Assembly: GCF_964188315.1 (NCBI RefSeq)
Contig: NC_135660.1
Location: 51,026,001-51,090,000, forward strand
Origin: Podarcis muralis
Taxonomy: Eukaryota
Length of the DNA stretch: 64,000 nt
Direction: 5' to 3'
Positions 34,616 to 48,177 of the stretch are shown here, piece after piece. The position numbers and the translations under genes were made by a program. The notes beneath the pieces were generated by a model, which worked only from the letters and a program-made list of their open reading frames with translations, searched no databases and was not told the origin of the DNA. The number at the start of each line of letters is the position of its first letter. The stretch's first letter is position 1.

Positions 34616-36104
34616 GAAACACGACCTTAGAAGGGAAATGGCTTCTCTAACATTCTAACAAACAGAATCTACCAGATCAGCTCTGCTATCTGTTCTGGAA
34701 GTCCATCCCCCTTCAAGGCGAAATAAAAGTTTGGCTATGCAGGCTGTTTTGTTTCCTCTGCTTTTCTACCAGTATTTGTAGGTACTGAAGACACTCAGGA
34801 TATTATGGTTATAAGGGAGATCTTGCCCATCATAAAGAAGGTTGATTAGACTGGTACTCTGGTGATTATAAGAAATCCAATCATACTTAAATACACAATA
34901 CCAATTCTCACCAAGTCATAGAAAATCCCAACTATGAGATTAGGACACATCAACAGAGGGAGCAAATATGCAGGAATGTGAAAGTATTAAAGAAATGCAA
35001 GACGGGGTAAAAAAAAAAATCTCATTCTGACTGGCCTCAAACTTGGCTGCTGTATCCAGTCAGTAATTAACTCCTAGTGGCTGCATGACAAAATTCTGCT
35101 GTTGGCACCTGATGGAGGAAAAGAGACAGAAGTTGCAGCTGCTGTAGTCAAATGGTCAGAGAAACCTTTAGGGAGGAAAACCTTGGTGGAACAGGAGCAG
35201 TGCTTAGAACAGGCAGAACTGAATAAGAAGGATAAAAGAGGCGGCTTTTAATGAAGTCCAGATGCTCAAGGCCTATCCCAAGAGAAACAAATGAAACAAA
35301 GTGGAGAAATGCGGATTGTATTTATTGCTAAGCCTCAAGATTCCTAAATAATAAAGCAGGGGCATGAATTAAATATCTGATTGCCTAAAAGCCACCTTTG
35401 CTTGTAAGCTTGTAAGTATGAACTAGCCAAAGAGTAAAAAAGTGAGTTGTAAAAGTATAGGATTGTATCTGAGTCCTACTTAGAGTAGACCCATTGAATA
35501 TGCTTAAGTTAATCATGTCCATTAGCTTCAGTAGGTTTACTCTGAATAGTTGCAGCATTTGATACAACTCATAAAATTCTAAGTTACTGCATCAGGTCCC
35601 TTTCTACCTAAAAATACTCATTCACAGTGAAGACCCACAAATGGATGACTCTTCTGTTCAACCAATTGTTGACAACCACTGAAAATATCTGAGAGTGGAT
35701 TGTGCAGATGATGTCTTAATGTGACTTAATGTGATTTAGAAAATATATTTGAAAGTTATAAGATCACTCTGTCCACCCAGCAACCATTTTGATCTCATTT
35801 GACCTACCACATTTACTGCCTTTCCCCCCTTATCTTATTTTTATATGTTAACAATGCACATGCTACTCGTCCCATATCTAAGTTACTTAGAAGCAAAGTA
35901 TAGGACAAGGTAAGCCTTGTGTGATTCCTATCAAAAGCCAACACCCCCCCCCCCAAAATACTATTATAGGTCAATGAATGGAAATATATAGGAGACCTAT
36001 GAGTACAGGGTGGTGGTGGAGAGGAAAATGGAAAGGAACGGAGTATACTATACAAACATCTTCAGACGTACAGGTTAAATGTTTAATGAACAGAGGTGAA
36101 TATA

Positions 36105-36239
36105 ATTCACAGATAGTCAATGTGGTGCCCTCCAGATGTTGTGGACAATTACCACCATCCCTTACCACTGGCCATGCTAGCTGGGGATGATGGCAGTTGT
36201 AGTCCAAAATGCCAGAAGGGCACTACATTGGCCACCCCT
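36105..36239. mobile_element. hAT-type palindromic MITE (decayed relative of 41966-42101)
   Basis: Internal GGACAATTACCACCATCCC...GGGGATGATGGCAGTTGTAGTCC arms. Confidence 0.6.
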
Positions 36240-38092
36240 CATTACTAATTACTAAAGTGGCAGAAAGGGCAGATTCCAGTTCAGATTGTTTTGAAGACCA
36301 TTACTATAAAATATGAATGAAAGTCTATTGTAAGTGATAAAGGAAAGCTGAAAATAACTAGCTGTCTTATTTTGAGGAAAACAAAGCAAATCACTTTTAC
36401 ACAAGCCCATACAGAGCTTGTCTGAGGCCCAGGGCAGGAGTCTTGTCCATAAGATGTGCCGTCATGGTGGCACCTAATCTGATCTGACGTTACATGCTAG
36501 TACACAGTAATTCAGGTCCAGATTTTACTGTTGAAGCCTTGCAGTGCATACAGACAGGCATGATTATCTTGCCCATGGCTATTTTGCCCTTTAAGCCCCC
36601 GGTCAGCTGGGGGACACGGGGCATTCTTGGCATGACACCATAAGTTTGGTAGGCCCTTGGCAGGGCCCCCTGGCCAGCTTAGCCCTCCAAGGCCCGTGGG
36701 AAGTGTACCCAGCTGCCTCCCCCTCTTTGCAGCCATGTTTTCACAGGCTTTTGATCAGAGAGCCTTTAAATTAAGATGTTGATGGACTTGATCAAATTTC
36801 CGTTCCATAAAAAGAATAAAATGTGGAGACAGGGGGAGGGAATGCCAAGCTAACTTTTGAGAGGGAAAATGCAACGAGAAGGAACAAAAGTAAAATGACC
36901 TTCCAAAGTCAGAGAGACTCTGAATGGCCGCTAATTGAAATGTCATAGGAGGAAGTGAGCTGGTAAGCGAAAGCAAATATTTAAAAGATGAGAAATCCTT
37001 CACAGTCAACTGGATTAATTTTCTGCCAAGTTCATCACAAGCAAATCTATTTGAGGTGATGTTGTGGAAAGTGGTGGGTTAGCATACATTGTCTGGAATC
37101 TGAGGAATGCATAATGCAGGAGGGCAGATAATGACTGCTGGGATCTCTTGGCCCCCAGGTATATGAAGAGCTGGCTAGTTAAAGGTTGTTTGCCATAATA
37201 TTTTATTCAGAGCATTTAGAAGTAAATAAGTAGGAGCTGGAAAGACAGAGCAATTTTCAGGAGAAAAATGAGCATGTTGAATTTTCCAGCAAACCTGAAC
37301 TGTTTGCATTCAGTCAGCAATTAGAGGGAAATGCCAAGCCATAATATTGGAGCCATTTAAGTAGGAATTAGTAAGGTGCTCTGATCCAGGTATCTGATGC
37401 TGGAGCTCCAACATCCATTATAGCAGAGGGAGCCAATCCCCATGTGCACCGCTTTGCACAGATGGATCAATTTCCTCCTTTAACATAACTGGCGATCTCC
37501 CTCTACGTATGTGCAAGTATGCCTGGTACTCTAAACTGGTGCAGAGAGGGACAGTTTTACTGACTTCATTCTTGACTATTAATATTAAGAGGAAATGTAT
37601 CTTAGAGTATCAGGTTTGTTAGTAATGTTTTTGGGGGTGCAGGGTGGGTACAGACCCACCTGCTCGTCTTCTAACTAGCTAGCCAAGCAAGCTATTCATA
37701 CTCCTCCATTATGACTCGTATTCCCTCACAAAACCTCACCACACACTAGTTGAAGATGGACACTGACACTATTCTGACTTTTCGCTCACCCACCAACAAT
37801 AAACAACTTCTTACAAAATCAATTTTCTTTATTATGTTCCATTCATCTTTCCTTTCTCAAATCCTTATCGTGAATTGTTGTTGTTGAATTCAATATTCAA
37901 CAGTTTGGGGAAATAGCTTCTCATAGGATTCGAATTGTTCCCAAACATCCTCCTGGCTTCATTAGAGAAACATTAATTAGGGGAAAGAAAATCACAATTT
38001 GCAAGGCACAAGATGGAATGCATTTGTAGAAAGAATGCTGGTTCTCCTTTTCTTCCCACAGCTTCAGTAGTTTTCTATACATTTCTCTAATA

Positions 38093-38339
38093 CAGTGGAA
38101 CCTTGGGTTGCGAACTTGATCCATGCGGGAGGCACGTTTGCAACCCGCAGCGTTCGCAATTTGCAGCACCGGGTCTGCACATGCATGGGTCGCGATTCAG
38201 CACATGTGCAAAGTGCGATTTAGCGCTTCTGCGCATGCACCGAAACCTGGAAGTAACCCGTTCCGGTACTTCCAGGTTTGGTGCGGTGCACAACCCGAAA
38301 TCACGTAGCCTGAAGCGTCTGTAACCCAAGGTTCCACTG
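38093..38339. mobile_element. Tc1/mariner (Tigger-type) MITE, full length
   Basis: TA TSD; terminal inverted repeat CAGTGGAACCTTGGGTT perfect for 17 bp. Confidence 0.92.
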
Positions 38340-40912
38340 TACTTCAAGATCTTGGAGCAGGTTCATGGAGCATGCCTTAAATTGTTAATTTGTTTCCCAA
38401 AACGATGGCCCTCATAAACTTTAATGTTTTACAGAACTTATGTAATTATAAATATCTGCTTGGAGCTGCAGCCCCCAGAAAGCATCACAAAGTGCATGGT
38501 TTTTATCCATGCACCTGTAATTCTTATTTCCCTTACTTGTATAGAACCTCTTGCAGTTAAATATATGAATTATGGTGCAATCCTGCCTGCTTTTGTCTAC
38601 TCAGAAGTAAGTCCCGCTGAGTTCAATGATGTGGGTAGGGGTCCCTAGCCTTATTGGAGCAAGCGGTGCATTTGCAAATCTGAGAAACTATCATGCAGAA
38701 ATGCTGATGGGGATACTGAGGCTGCATACATACCATACATTTAAAGCCCCAGTCCCGGGAACTGTAATTTACCCTTCACAGAGCTACAATTCCCAGGACC
38801 CTTAACAAACTACACTTCCTATCATTCATTGGGAGAAGAGGAAATGTGTTTTAAATGTACAGTGTGTATGCAGTTTGAAATGACAGTACTTTCTTACAAT
38901 GAAAGTTAAAACAAAACATTAAAAATGGTTTTGGCTTCCCTGTCCTTAATATCAGCTTAGACCAATACAGGCCGCCATCACCATGCAAAGGTGCTTGCAT
39001 TCTTAACTGTCTTTGTGCAGCATGCATTTTCTGTAGCTAACAGACATGCACAGTGAGAACTTATGAACACAAAATCAAATGTTATTTTGTTTGCTGGGCA
39101 CTCAATACGTGCAATTAGAGTAGATGGAAGCAGGCAAAAAATAAAAAAGGAACAATTTGCTTACTTCAGTGCTGCAGATAATGACTATGTTGACAAGGTC
39201 ACCTTGCTATAATGACATTGTCCATGCTGTAGTCAACTAATAATAATAATAAAAAATCTCTGCATTTATCCAGAGATGTTGAGGGGAAATAAATTTCAGT
39301 CAATGTCCAGGCTTATTTAGAATAAGTAATTCACTGTATTGGAGTTAACAGTAATTGGTGCGGATATTGGCCCTGATCCAGAATTCAGGAGAGCCTAGGA
39401 ACAGGATACACATATCCTACCTTTATTCAAGGATCTGCCTTGCCAAAAGTATGATCAGCACTATCATCTTTGATAAAACCAACAACATTTCTCGTGGAAA
39501 GGGGGGCTAGTGGCTGCCTGAATTCACACACAAATGGTAGACCTTCTTTGCTGAACACAATAGCATCCATCAGCATACACCCCTATCCACTTGTGGTGGT
39601 TGCTTCCGACACAGCAGTCTTGTGTGTCTGTAGACTATTCTCCTGAATCTTCTGTGTTCAAGTCTTGTTCCACATGTAGATCAGTATTGCTGCATGGATG
39701 GAGGGGGAATGCCAAGTTTCTGCTACTTAAAGTAAAAAAAAAGTCACGTGTATAAATAACTCATTAAAACCATTACAAGGAATTACAGTTGTGGATATTA
39801 AACAATCTGATGTTGTCACTATCCCCTCCCCAGGCAATTTTTTTGATTAGTTTCTACATGGAAAAATACACTAAAGTTGACTGGTAATAGTATCCTCATT
39901 GGTTATTTCACACATTACACAGCACAAAGCCAGGTTTTTCAAAGATACTGTACTCTTGACAGGGTGCCACAGCCAATCCTGGCTTTCAAACAATTGTACC
40001 CATGTGATACATTTATCTTCAAACTGTTGTTGATGCACTTGGAACTAACATTTTCTGCCCCTGAAAACAAGTAATGTCAATGTGTACAACAGCCCTAATT
40101 TTTTTTTTTTTGAAAAAATAAGTTTTAAACATTATTGAAAAGCCATTTGTATTATCTCATCTCTTTAAAAGAAGTAAGGTTGTATGTTCTATGATGTTAA
40201 GTGGGCCTGAAATTATTCCAAAATACTTACAGGATTATTATTATTATTATTATTCCCCACCCATCTGATATAGAATTGTCTTTTAAAAATATTTAATACA
40301 TCTAGAAATTCAAGCACAGCTTGATATGCCATGCAGTTCTTGGAAACATGACAAACTAAATGGAAAATAATGAATTCATTTGTCTTGTGTAGCTGTCTCC
40401 CACTTTTAATAACATCAAAAGCTAATCGTTGTTGATAATGTAGCCACTACTCCTTTACTTTAAGTGCCACAAAGCCACCAGATTCAGAATAAAGACAGTC
40501 CTTAGGACAAGTGCTGCCTATCTGATGATATCTGAAGGCTTCAGGAATCCCTTTTAGACACTAAACAACATCCTCCTGATCTTTCATAGAGAGTCAGTCT
40601 CAATGAATGAAAATCAAAATGACTTGAATCATGTACAAGGGCAATATAGCAAATAAAATCCTTTAAACCATGCAAGGCTCTGATCTTTCAAACCTTTCAT
40701 GGCAGCAGTCCCATGAGCTGGAAGCAAATGACTACTGTTGGGTTTTTGTTTTTGAAAAGAAACTTGATACTTTGCCTGCAACTCTTAGTGCTTTACAATT
40801 CAAACTATGGTATCATTCTGCAGTAAACTCTCTTGGGTCTACTGAAATCATCTTAATCCTAAATGTGTTAATGTGACAATGTCACATATTGGCTTCTGTT
40901 GTCACAGATTAA

Positions 40913-41000
40913 CAGTGTAATCCTATACATATCTATGCAGAAGTAAATCCCATTGTGTTCAGTGGGGATTAATCCTATGTAAGTAGATATAGGATTGCTG
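40913..41000. mobile_element. Small palindromic MITE (AATCCTATA...TATAGGATT)
   Basis: Inverted ends and an internal TCCCATTG/CAGTGGGGA hairpin; related copies near 32390-32520, 38578-38630 and 61347-61430. Confidence 0.6.
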
Positions 41001-41151
41001 CCTTAGTCACTTTGTGCAAGGCAAACAGAAGCAGAACTCTCCGCCAATCAGTTACACATGACAATTATTGGTCATTGTAAATAGCTAACATTTATCTGCC
41101 TCACTGGGTTGCACTAAAATAGCTGTCTCTGTCATAGCAGAATCCCACTTA

Positions 41152-41152
<1 letters not shown>

Positions 41153-41205
<53 letters not shown>
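41153..41205. repeat. (AAT)n microsatellite, the tail of the adjacent L2
   Basis: Direct reading; abuts the L2 3' end. Confidence 0.9.
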
Positions 41206-41206
<1 letters not shown>

Positions 41207-42111
41207 TAATTTATTTGTACCCCGCCCATCTGGCTGGGTTTCCCCAGCCATTCTGGGCGGCTTCCACAGAGACCAAAAATACACTAAAATGTCACACATT
41301 AAAAACTTCCCTAAACAGGACTGCCTTAAGATGTCTTCTGAATGTCAGGTAGTTGTTTATCTCTTTGACATCTGAAGGGAGGGCGTTCCACAGGGCGGGT
41401 GCCACTACCGAGAAGGCCCTCTGCCTGGTTCCCTATAACTTGGCTTCTCGCAGTGAGGGAACCGCCAGAAGGCCCTCGGCGCTGGACCTGTGTCCTGGCA
41501 GAACGATGGAGGTGGAGACGCTCCTTCAGGTATACTGAACCGAGGCCATTTAGGGCTTTAAAGGTCAGCACCAACACTTTGAATTGTGCTTGGAAACGTA
41601 CTAGGAGCCAGTGTACGTCTTTCAAGACCAGTGTTATATGGTCTCGGTGGCTGCTGCCAGTCACCAGTCTAGCTGCCGCATTCTGGATTGGTTGTAGTTT
41701 CCGGGTCACCTTCAAAGGTAGCCCCACATAGAGCGCATTGCAGTAGTCCAAGCAAGAGATAACTAGAGCATGCACCGCTCTGGCGAGACAGTCTCAGGCT
41801 GGTAGGGTCTCAGCCTGCGTACCAGATGGAGCTGGTAAACAGCTGCCCTGGGCACAGAATTGACTGCCTCCATGGACAGCTGTGAGTCCAGAATGACTCC
41901 TAGGCTGCACACCTGGTCCTTCAGGGGCACAGTTACCCCATTCAGGACCAGGGAGTCCTCTACATCAGTGTTCCCCAACCTTGGGCCTCCAACTGTTTTT
42001 GGACTACAATTCCCATCATCCTTGACCACTGGTCTTGCTAGCGAGGGATGATGGGAGTTGTAGTCCAAAAACAGCTGGAGGCCCAAGGTTGGGGAACACT
42101 GCTCTACATGG
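41206..42111 (-). mobile_element. L2 LINE, 5'-truncated (about 0.77 kb excluding the nested MITE)
   Basis: ORF pieces HALVISCLDYCNALYVGLP...QNAAARLVTG...DHITLVLKDVHWL and SLGVILDSQLS are the L2 ORF2 C-terminal region; frameshifted. Confidence 0.9.
41966..42101. mobile_element. hAT-type MITE, 136 bp, with 8-bp TSD
   Basis: TIR CAGTGTTCCCCAACCTTGGGCCTCCA perfect for 26 bp; CTCTACAT duplicated at 41958-41965 and 42102-42109. Confidence 0.93.
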
Positions 42112-44519
42112 TAGTAAGATGAGTCATCTCAGTTCTGTGACTAATTCATACTCACTGTGGCCCCTTTCTACTGATTTACCCTTGTTGCAGTTGAACAGAG
42201 ATGGATTGCTCTTCAGATGTTGCACTCCCTCCCATCAGTCCCAGCCATCATGGTCAATGATCAGGGTTGAGGGGAATAGTAGTCCAGCAATATCAGGTGA
42301 GACACAGGTTCCCCATAGCTACACTAGATCTAGTTCAGATGTCCTAACACAGTCCATATGGAACATTACCACCGGGTGCCAAATTAACACACTTAGTATA
42401 TCCAATCAGCTGATTGGAAACTCCTTTTATGTCTGCAGGAATACCTCAGCTCAAAGATTGTACTAGTTACTACATCAGATATACTGAGCATGTGAAATAA
42501 TCAGCTATTTGGAAGCTCCATATTCTGCAATCCAGCACGGCACGTAGAAGGTCAAGCAACACCCACACCTGTTTGTGTGGAAGAAAATGGAGCAAACCTC
42601 CTAGCCATCTGCTGTGCTTGTTGTTTCCTGTATTTGGGCAAGGAATTGAAAATGGCCAAAGTTTTATACTGTACCTCTTTCCCCAGAAGCAAATATAGGC
42701 AGATAATGGTGTTTCTTTAGAATAATTAAGATTCATGTCATTTTTATTCAATCAACAGTAAAATAACTAAACTGTATAATTACAATAAAGAAGACCAACA
42801 GTTGTATAGCTGAACTTTTCTGTCTTTTTTAAAATATATCCTCAGAAAGATAAAATAATTTTAGGTTACTGAAATATTCACAATGGTTGTTTCTTGTTAA
42901 TATAGGATATGTTTTTCTTTTCTTTTTTACTTTTTGTCATGGCTAAATGATCATAATCAGAAAAATAAAAGCAGTGTTAGAAAGTTTAATATCGCTCTCT
43001 ATTTCTTCAGAAATTTTGAAGAAAACGTGTATTACATTGGTATATGACTTACAATGGTTTCACAGCAAGGACTGCAAAACCACTTACATATATAAACATG
43101 GAAGAGAATGCTAAAACATTAAAACATTGGTAGCCATCTATAAACACGAAGAAGTTTCATAAAATTCACACTCCAGGAAGACATTCATCATATGTCAACA
43201 GCCTGATCCCTTTTTAATATATATACTTCAAAATATGTTTAATTTGACAATAATAATAATAATAATAATTAAAAACAGTCAAGGCCAAAATCCACCAGGA
43301 AATTCTTTATGCAAGGCCTCCCTTGTCTTCTTAGAGGTCTCTGGTCTGCCAAGGGAGCAGGTGCCAAGACTGCTGCCTCCTCAGTGTATGCAGGAGACTT
43401 CCCAGGGAGCCACGTCTTTGTGAGGTCCACATAGCAAATATTTATGGAAAGGGCCCAAAACCTGTCAGAAAAATCAAGGGTATCCTGGATCCCCTTTGAA
43501 AGCAGCTCCACTCCAATTGGAAGCCATGACTTTGGCTTTGGAACCGATTTCAGCTAAGGTGTGTCTTTGCTCTCATCTTACACTGAAATAATCGGAAACC
43601 GCACAAAAGCACTCAAATGCTCTGGCTGAGATCTCCTTTATTACAATGGGTCTTGCACAGGAGAACTTCCTGGCTAATTGTGCTGCAAATGAGAGAAGCA
43701 GGATTCTAAGCTACATGGCCTCTTTTTTATTGGGCAGATTTTTTATTTTTTTTAAAAGGTGAGGACAAGGAAAACAAGAAAGAAAGGAAAGGATGAAATC
43801 TGGATGATTTACATGCAAATTGACATTCCATCTCTTTTAAAACATTGCATGTCCCAAAGCCTTCTGGGTTTGGAATGTAATACTGCATCAAGTATTTCAC
43901 AAGGCTCCTAAGTAACACAAGAAGCGTCCTTTAAAAATTAGGAAATTATAATATAATATGATATAATATAATGAAGACGGGGATGACAATCCAGAACTAT
44001 TTTTTTAAATTTTTTTTTAGCAAAGTGCTTCAACTTAGCTCCTAGAACTTTTATATCAGAACAATTAACAGAGGAGGACAGGGAACAAATCAGCTTCATT
44101 TTATTTCCTTTTCTTTGTACAAGTCCTTTTGTTAAAGCAGATATGAGGTTTCTGATGAACGTGGGCACAAGCAAGATGAGAGTGCAATTGCCACCAGCAT
44201 GAGAAGTGTGCTTGGCTGGATGCTTATACGAAGAGGAGATGAACTGTCAGAGGACATGTGACTAGTGGAGCCGCCTGCCACGCTTCCTTTCCCAAGAGCA
44301 TTCTGCAAAACAGAATCATTTCCTTTGGTCACCAAATTTTCACCTGCATATCTTTGCATCTTTTCAATGCTCTTCAATGATCCCTACTTTGCTGCGCCTG
44401 CAAGCTACTTTCCTCATTCAGACCAGGCAGCTTCACTAGAATGAAGTGATCCAGAAGGTCTTGGCGTGGGGAGGAAACCTCTAGTAATACTCATGTTACT
44501 TTCAGTGTGATCCAATAAT

Positions 44520-44740
44520 CAACTTTTTTATTGCAAGTTTTCAACACAGAATACAATAAAAGCTAAACTAATCTAAATAAAAGAGAAAAGAGAACAAAGG
44601 GAAGAGGAAGAGGAGGAGGAAGAAAATAATAATAATAATAACAATACAAAGCCCTCTATCAAGGTTGTATCTTAACCCTTATTCTATACAAAGGAGGTTG
44701 AGACTTCCAAGTGTGATTTGAGATGGTAAGCAAAGCTTAT
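44520..44740 (-). mobile_element. Probable L1-type LINE 3' end
   Basis: T-tract, TTTATTG, purine-rich block and GAAGTC-like motif typical of reptile L1 3' UTRs; no TSD found. Confidence 0.4.
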
Positions 44741-44904
44741 TCATGAAAACAATTTTTTTAAAAGATTGTATTTTAAAGAGACTCATTAGTTTGCTGTGCA
44801 GGTACTGATGTAGGATACTAAGGCCACATTGGTAAGGCCACCAAGAAAGACTCAATGTCAAGGTAGACCTTGCCTTGCAGGAGAATGACATAACCCATAC
44901 AGGA

Positions 44905-45215
44905 CAGAGGAGAGTAACCTTTTTCAGCCCAGGGGCTGATTCCCTTCTGGACAACCTTGGGGGCTCATGTCAGTGAGGAGTGGGGCAGCTAATGTAAGCT
45001 TTACCTTTGTACAGTAGGCTAATTGTCTACACACACTCACACACCTCTCTATATTCACCATCCAGACAAGCAACAGGTATTAAGTAAACAGTTCAGCCAG
45101 GCAAAAAGGCTCACGGAGCTTGCAAAGTGGAGCCAGTGACAATTGTAGCCTGGGGAGGCTCCTGTGGGGCATATTGAAAGGCACAGCTGGCTGGGCCTGA
45201 GTTTCACCACCCCTG
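44905..45215. mobile_element. Decayed hAT-type non-autonomous element
   Basis: AACCTTTTTCAGCCCAGGGG start and GAGTTTCACCACCCCTG end resemble hAT MITE termini. Confidence 0.45.
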
Positions 45216-45956
45216 ATTTAGGGCATAGTCGTAAGAGGGCCAGAGACTGGAATTTATGTCCCAGTGATGCCCACAGTATTAATGTCCATAAAATAGAGGT
45301 ACCAGACTCTTACCCATTCCTGCTTTTATTCAGGAAAGGCTATGCTTCAATAAAGGAAAGCCCAGTTGTTTGCTGGTTTTCTGTATGTGAGCCGGCACTT
45401 TCAAGTAAACTAGCTCCTGTCAAACTGAAGTGGCCTTGACTGGAGTGCTTCACCACCTAGGGTTATATCTATATCTTTTAATACTGCAAAGCTCTGACCC
45501 ATTCATAGCTATAGTGTGGTTTCAAAAGAATTAATGAATTGATCTAACTCTTAAAAGATCAATTTCCCCCCCAAATGGGGACACACATGTTTTGACGGGT
45601 ATGTACATTCAGCTAGTGTTTTCATGTCAGATGGCAGAATAACCTAAGGGTGAAGGCCAAAAGTTACAGGAGAGAGCATCAGTGGTAGGCAATGGCCAAT
45701 CCTGTTCCTGGCATGGTTTAAGCAACTGTCATTTCATTTATTCAAGATCAGTATTCTGTCAGCCATAAAATCTGATCGACTATGCTTAAGGGTCTTGCTA
45801 AGAGCCATGTTCCTGCAGATTATCAGTTAATTACGTTTCATAGATAAAGGGTAATTATCATGTGACCTGAAAATTACATGCTTCCTAAGAATTAAAAATG
45901 CAGTTACCTTTCTGCTATATGGCTGAAGGTGAATGGCTATTCTGGACATGGATCTG

Positions 45957-46116
45957 NNNNNNNNNNNNNNNNNNNNNNNNNNNNNNNNNNNNNNNNNNNN
46001 NNNNNNNNNNNNNNNNNNNNNNNNNNNNNNNNNNNNNNNNNNNNNNNNNNNNNNNNNNNNNNNNNNNNNNNNNNNNNNNNNNNNNNNNNNNNNNNNNNNN
46101 NNNNNNNNNNNNNNNN
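45957..46116. other. Assembly gap (160 N)
   Basis: Run of N. Confidence 1.
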
Positions 46117-47824
46117 TCCATCTATATTCCACCCTTCCTCCAAAAGGAGCCCAGGGAGGCAGACACATCAACATCATCAAAACATTCTAAAAGCAATCAC
46201 ATTCTCACAGCCAGTGATTTCAGTGTTGCCAGGATTAGTATCTTTCAGCTATCAAATGCCTAGGTAAACAGGAATGTTTAAACATTCCTCTAAAATGTCA
46301 GTAATGAGGGAGACAGACACACCTCACCAAGAAGGGTATTTGTCAAAGGGAGAACCACCACTGAGCAGGCCATGTCATGGGTTAACACCAACTGGGCATA
46401 ATACAGTAATATACAATTACTGAAAATTCTAATGAATTCATTGAAGGCAATAATTTTTTTGGACGACTAAGGTCAGGAGGACTTGGGGGTCTTATAAGCT
46501 ATACTTTTCTGCTGCTGCTGCTGCTTCCCAGCACTGTCTATTTTGGCAGGGCTGGCAGATTAATTAGTTAAGAGGGACTGAACTCGAGGCTGTCATTGCT
46601 ATCAGAACTAACTACAACAATATAGGATGGGGCAGGATTTGCCTCCACAATCTCTGTAGGGTGTAACCTCTAGCCCTCTTAGAAGAGAGGCTTCAAAAAC
46701 TTTATTCAAAGGAATATTTTTGCTAGTAGCAATTGCCACAACACGGTGAAAAATCTTACCCCAGTCACACACAGTTCCGTAGCTACAGATTCATTGAAAC
46801 TCTGCTTTGGTACCTGTAGAAAGACAAAGAGATGACTATATAAGTATACGTGGTCAATAATATTGGAGGTGGCATTGCTGATTATTCTAAGAGAATGAAA
46901 AAGCAGTATACCTCCAAATCACTAACCTGAATGGTTATTCTCATAAAAACTGGATTACTCAAGAGTAAATGGTCTATTCACATAGCCCAAATGGTCACCC
47001 AGTTGTCCTTTGGGTATAAATGTATCAAATCAAATGTTGGATAGTTTTGTCGTTGACCAAAGTTGACTGAGGCTGCAGCTCTAATTAGTTCTCATACTAT
47101 GACTGGCATTTGCTTGTAATTTTAAGTCTGCAGTTTACACTGGGGTTACATTCTGGCAAGTGTGCCTAAAACCAAAAATTGTGTAGAGTCAAAACACATT
47201 GAGTTCAATGGTGGCTGGGATTGCCAAAGTCTTTTTTCTTGGACATCCACCCTCTTTCCATCCCCCCCCCCCATTTTTTTCCAAGGCACATAAAGCTGAA
47301 AGTGCATAAATAAAATGTGATAAATTGCAGGCTTACTATATGGGGGAACAATGTAACTCATGTCTGAATACAACTTTAAGAGATTTTTTTTGCCATAGAT
47401 TTCAAAGCAGGTACTAAAACATACCTGAACCACTAAGCACAAAGGTATTGGACACGCCCCACCTAACTATTCCAAGTAATATTTTATATTGTTTGATGCT
47501 TGTAGTGGGTCATGCTGGTATGCAATTAGAGGTCTAAGGGCGTGCTAGATGCTTCATTGGGAAAGGAAGATGGTACTTATGATGTTTTCAGCCTTTTCAA
47601 TCTATTCCAGTCCTATAGCTTACAATCAATTTTGTGCAAGTCTTTGGTCTAAGAACAAGATCTTCCCTGGTCCAACCAAATAAATGCAAATGCATTACAA
47701 TTTAAAGGCATTACAATAAATACCTTTTGACATCAGTAACCTACCATTAGTAGCAACATAGGATTCTTAAGACTGTACATGCTATGTATGTTCAAACGGC
47801 AATGCATAGTAGTTTGCTCCAAAG

Positions 47825-48177
47825 GTAAAGGTAAAGGGACCCCTGACCACTAGGTCCAGTCGTGACCGACTCTGGGGTTGTGGCGCTCATCTCGCTTTAC
47901 TGGCTGAGGGAGCTGGCATACAGCTTCCGGGTCATGTGGCCAGCATGACTAAGTAGCTTCTGGCGAACCAGAGCAGTGCAGGGAAACACCGTTTACCTTC
48001 CCGCCGGAGCAGTACCTATTTATCTACTTGCACTTTGATGTGCTTTCAAACTGCTAGGTTGGCAGGAGCAGGGACCGAGCAATGGGAGCTCACCTTGTCG
48101 CAGGGATTCGAACCGCCGACCTTCTGATCGGCAGGCCCTAGGCTCTGTGGTTTAACCCACAGTGCCACCCACGTCCC
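47825..48177 (-). mobile_element. Full-length Sauria SINE with 14-bp TSD
   Basis: tRNA-like head GGGACGTGGGTGGCACTGTGG...GGTTCGAATCCC; (ACCTTT)n tail; AGTTTGCTCCAAAG duplicated at 47811-47824 and 48178-48191. Confidence 0.95.

Noticed and set aside
43269-43511. 80-aa ORF with CYVDLTKTWL, faintly like a LINE endonuclease motif
   Set aside because: One weak motif only; cannot be assigned
45827-46267. ORFs containing X runs
   Set aside because: Artefacts of translating across the N gap
46300-46500. Possible decayed Penelope GIY-YIG fragment (AYKTPKS, IVYYCIM on the minus strand)
   Set aside because: Too degenerate to support without alignment
47000-47130. Faint resemblance to LF-SINE on the minus strand
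   Set aside because: Only short scattered matches from memory; not supportable by eye
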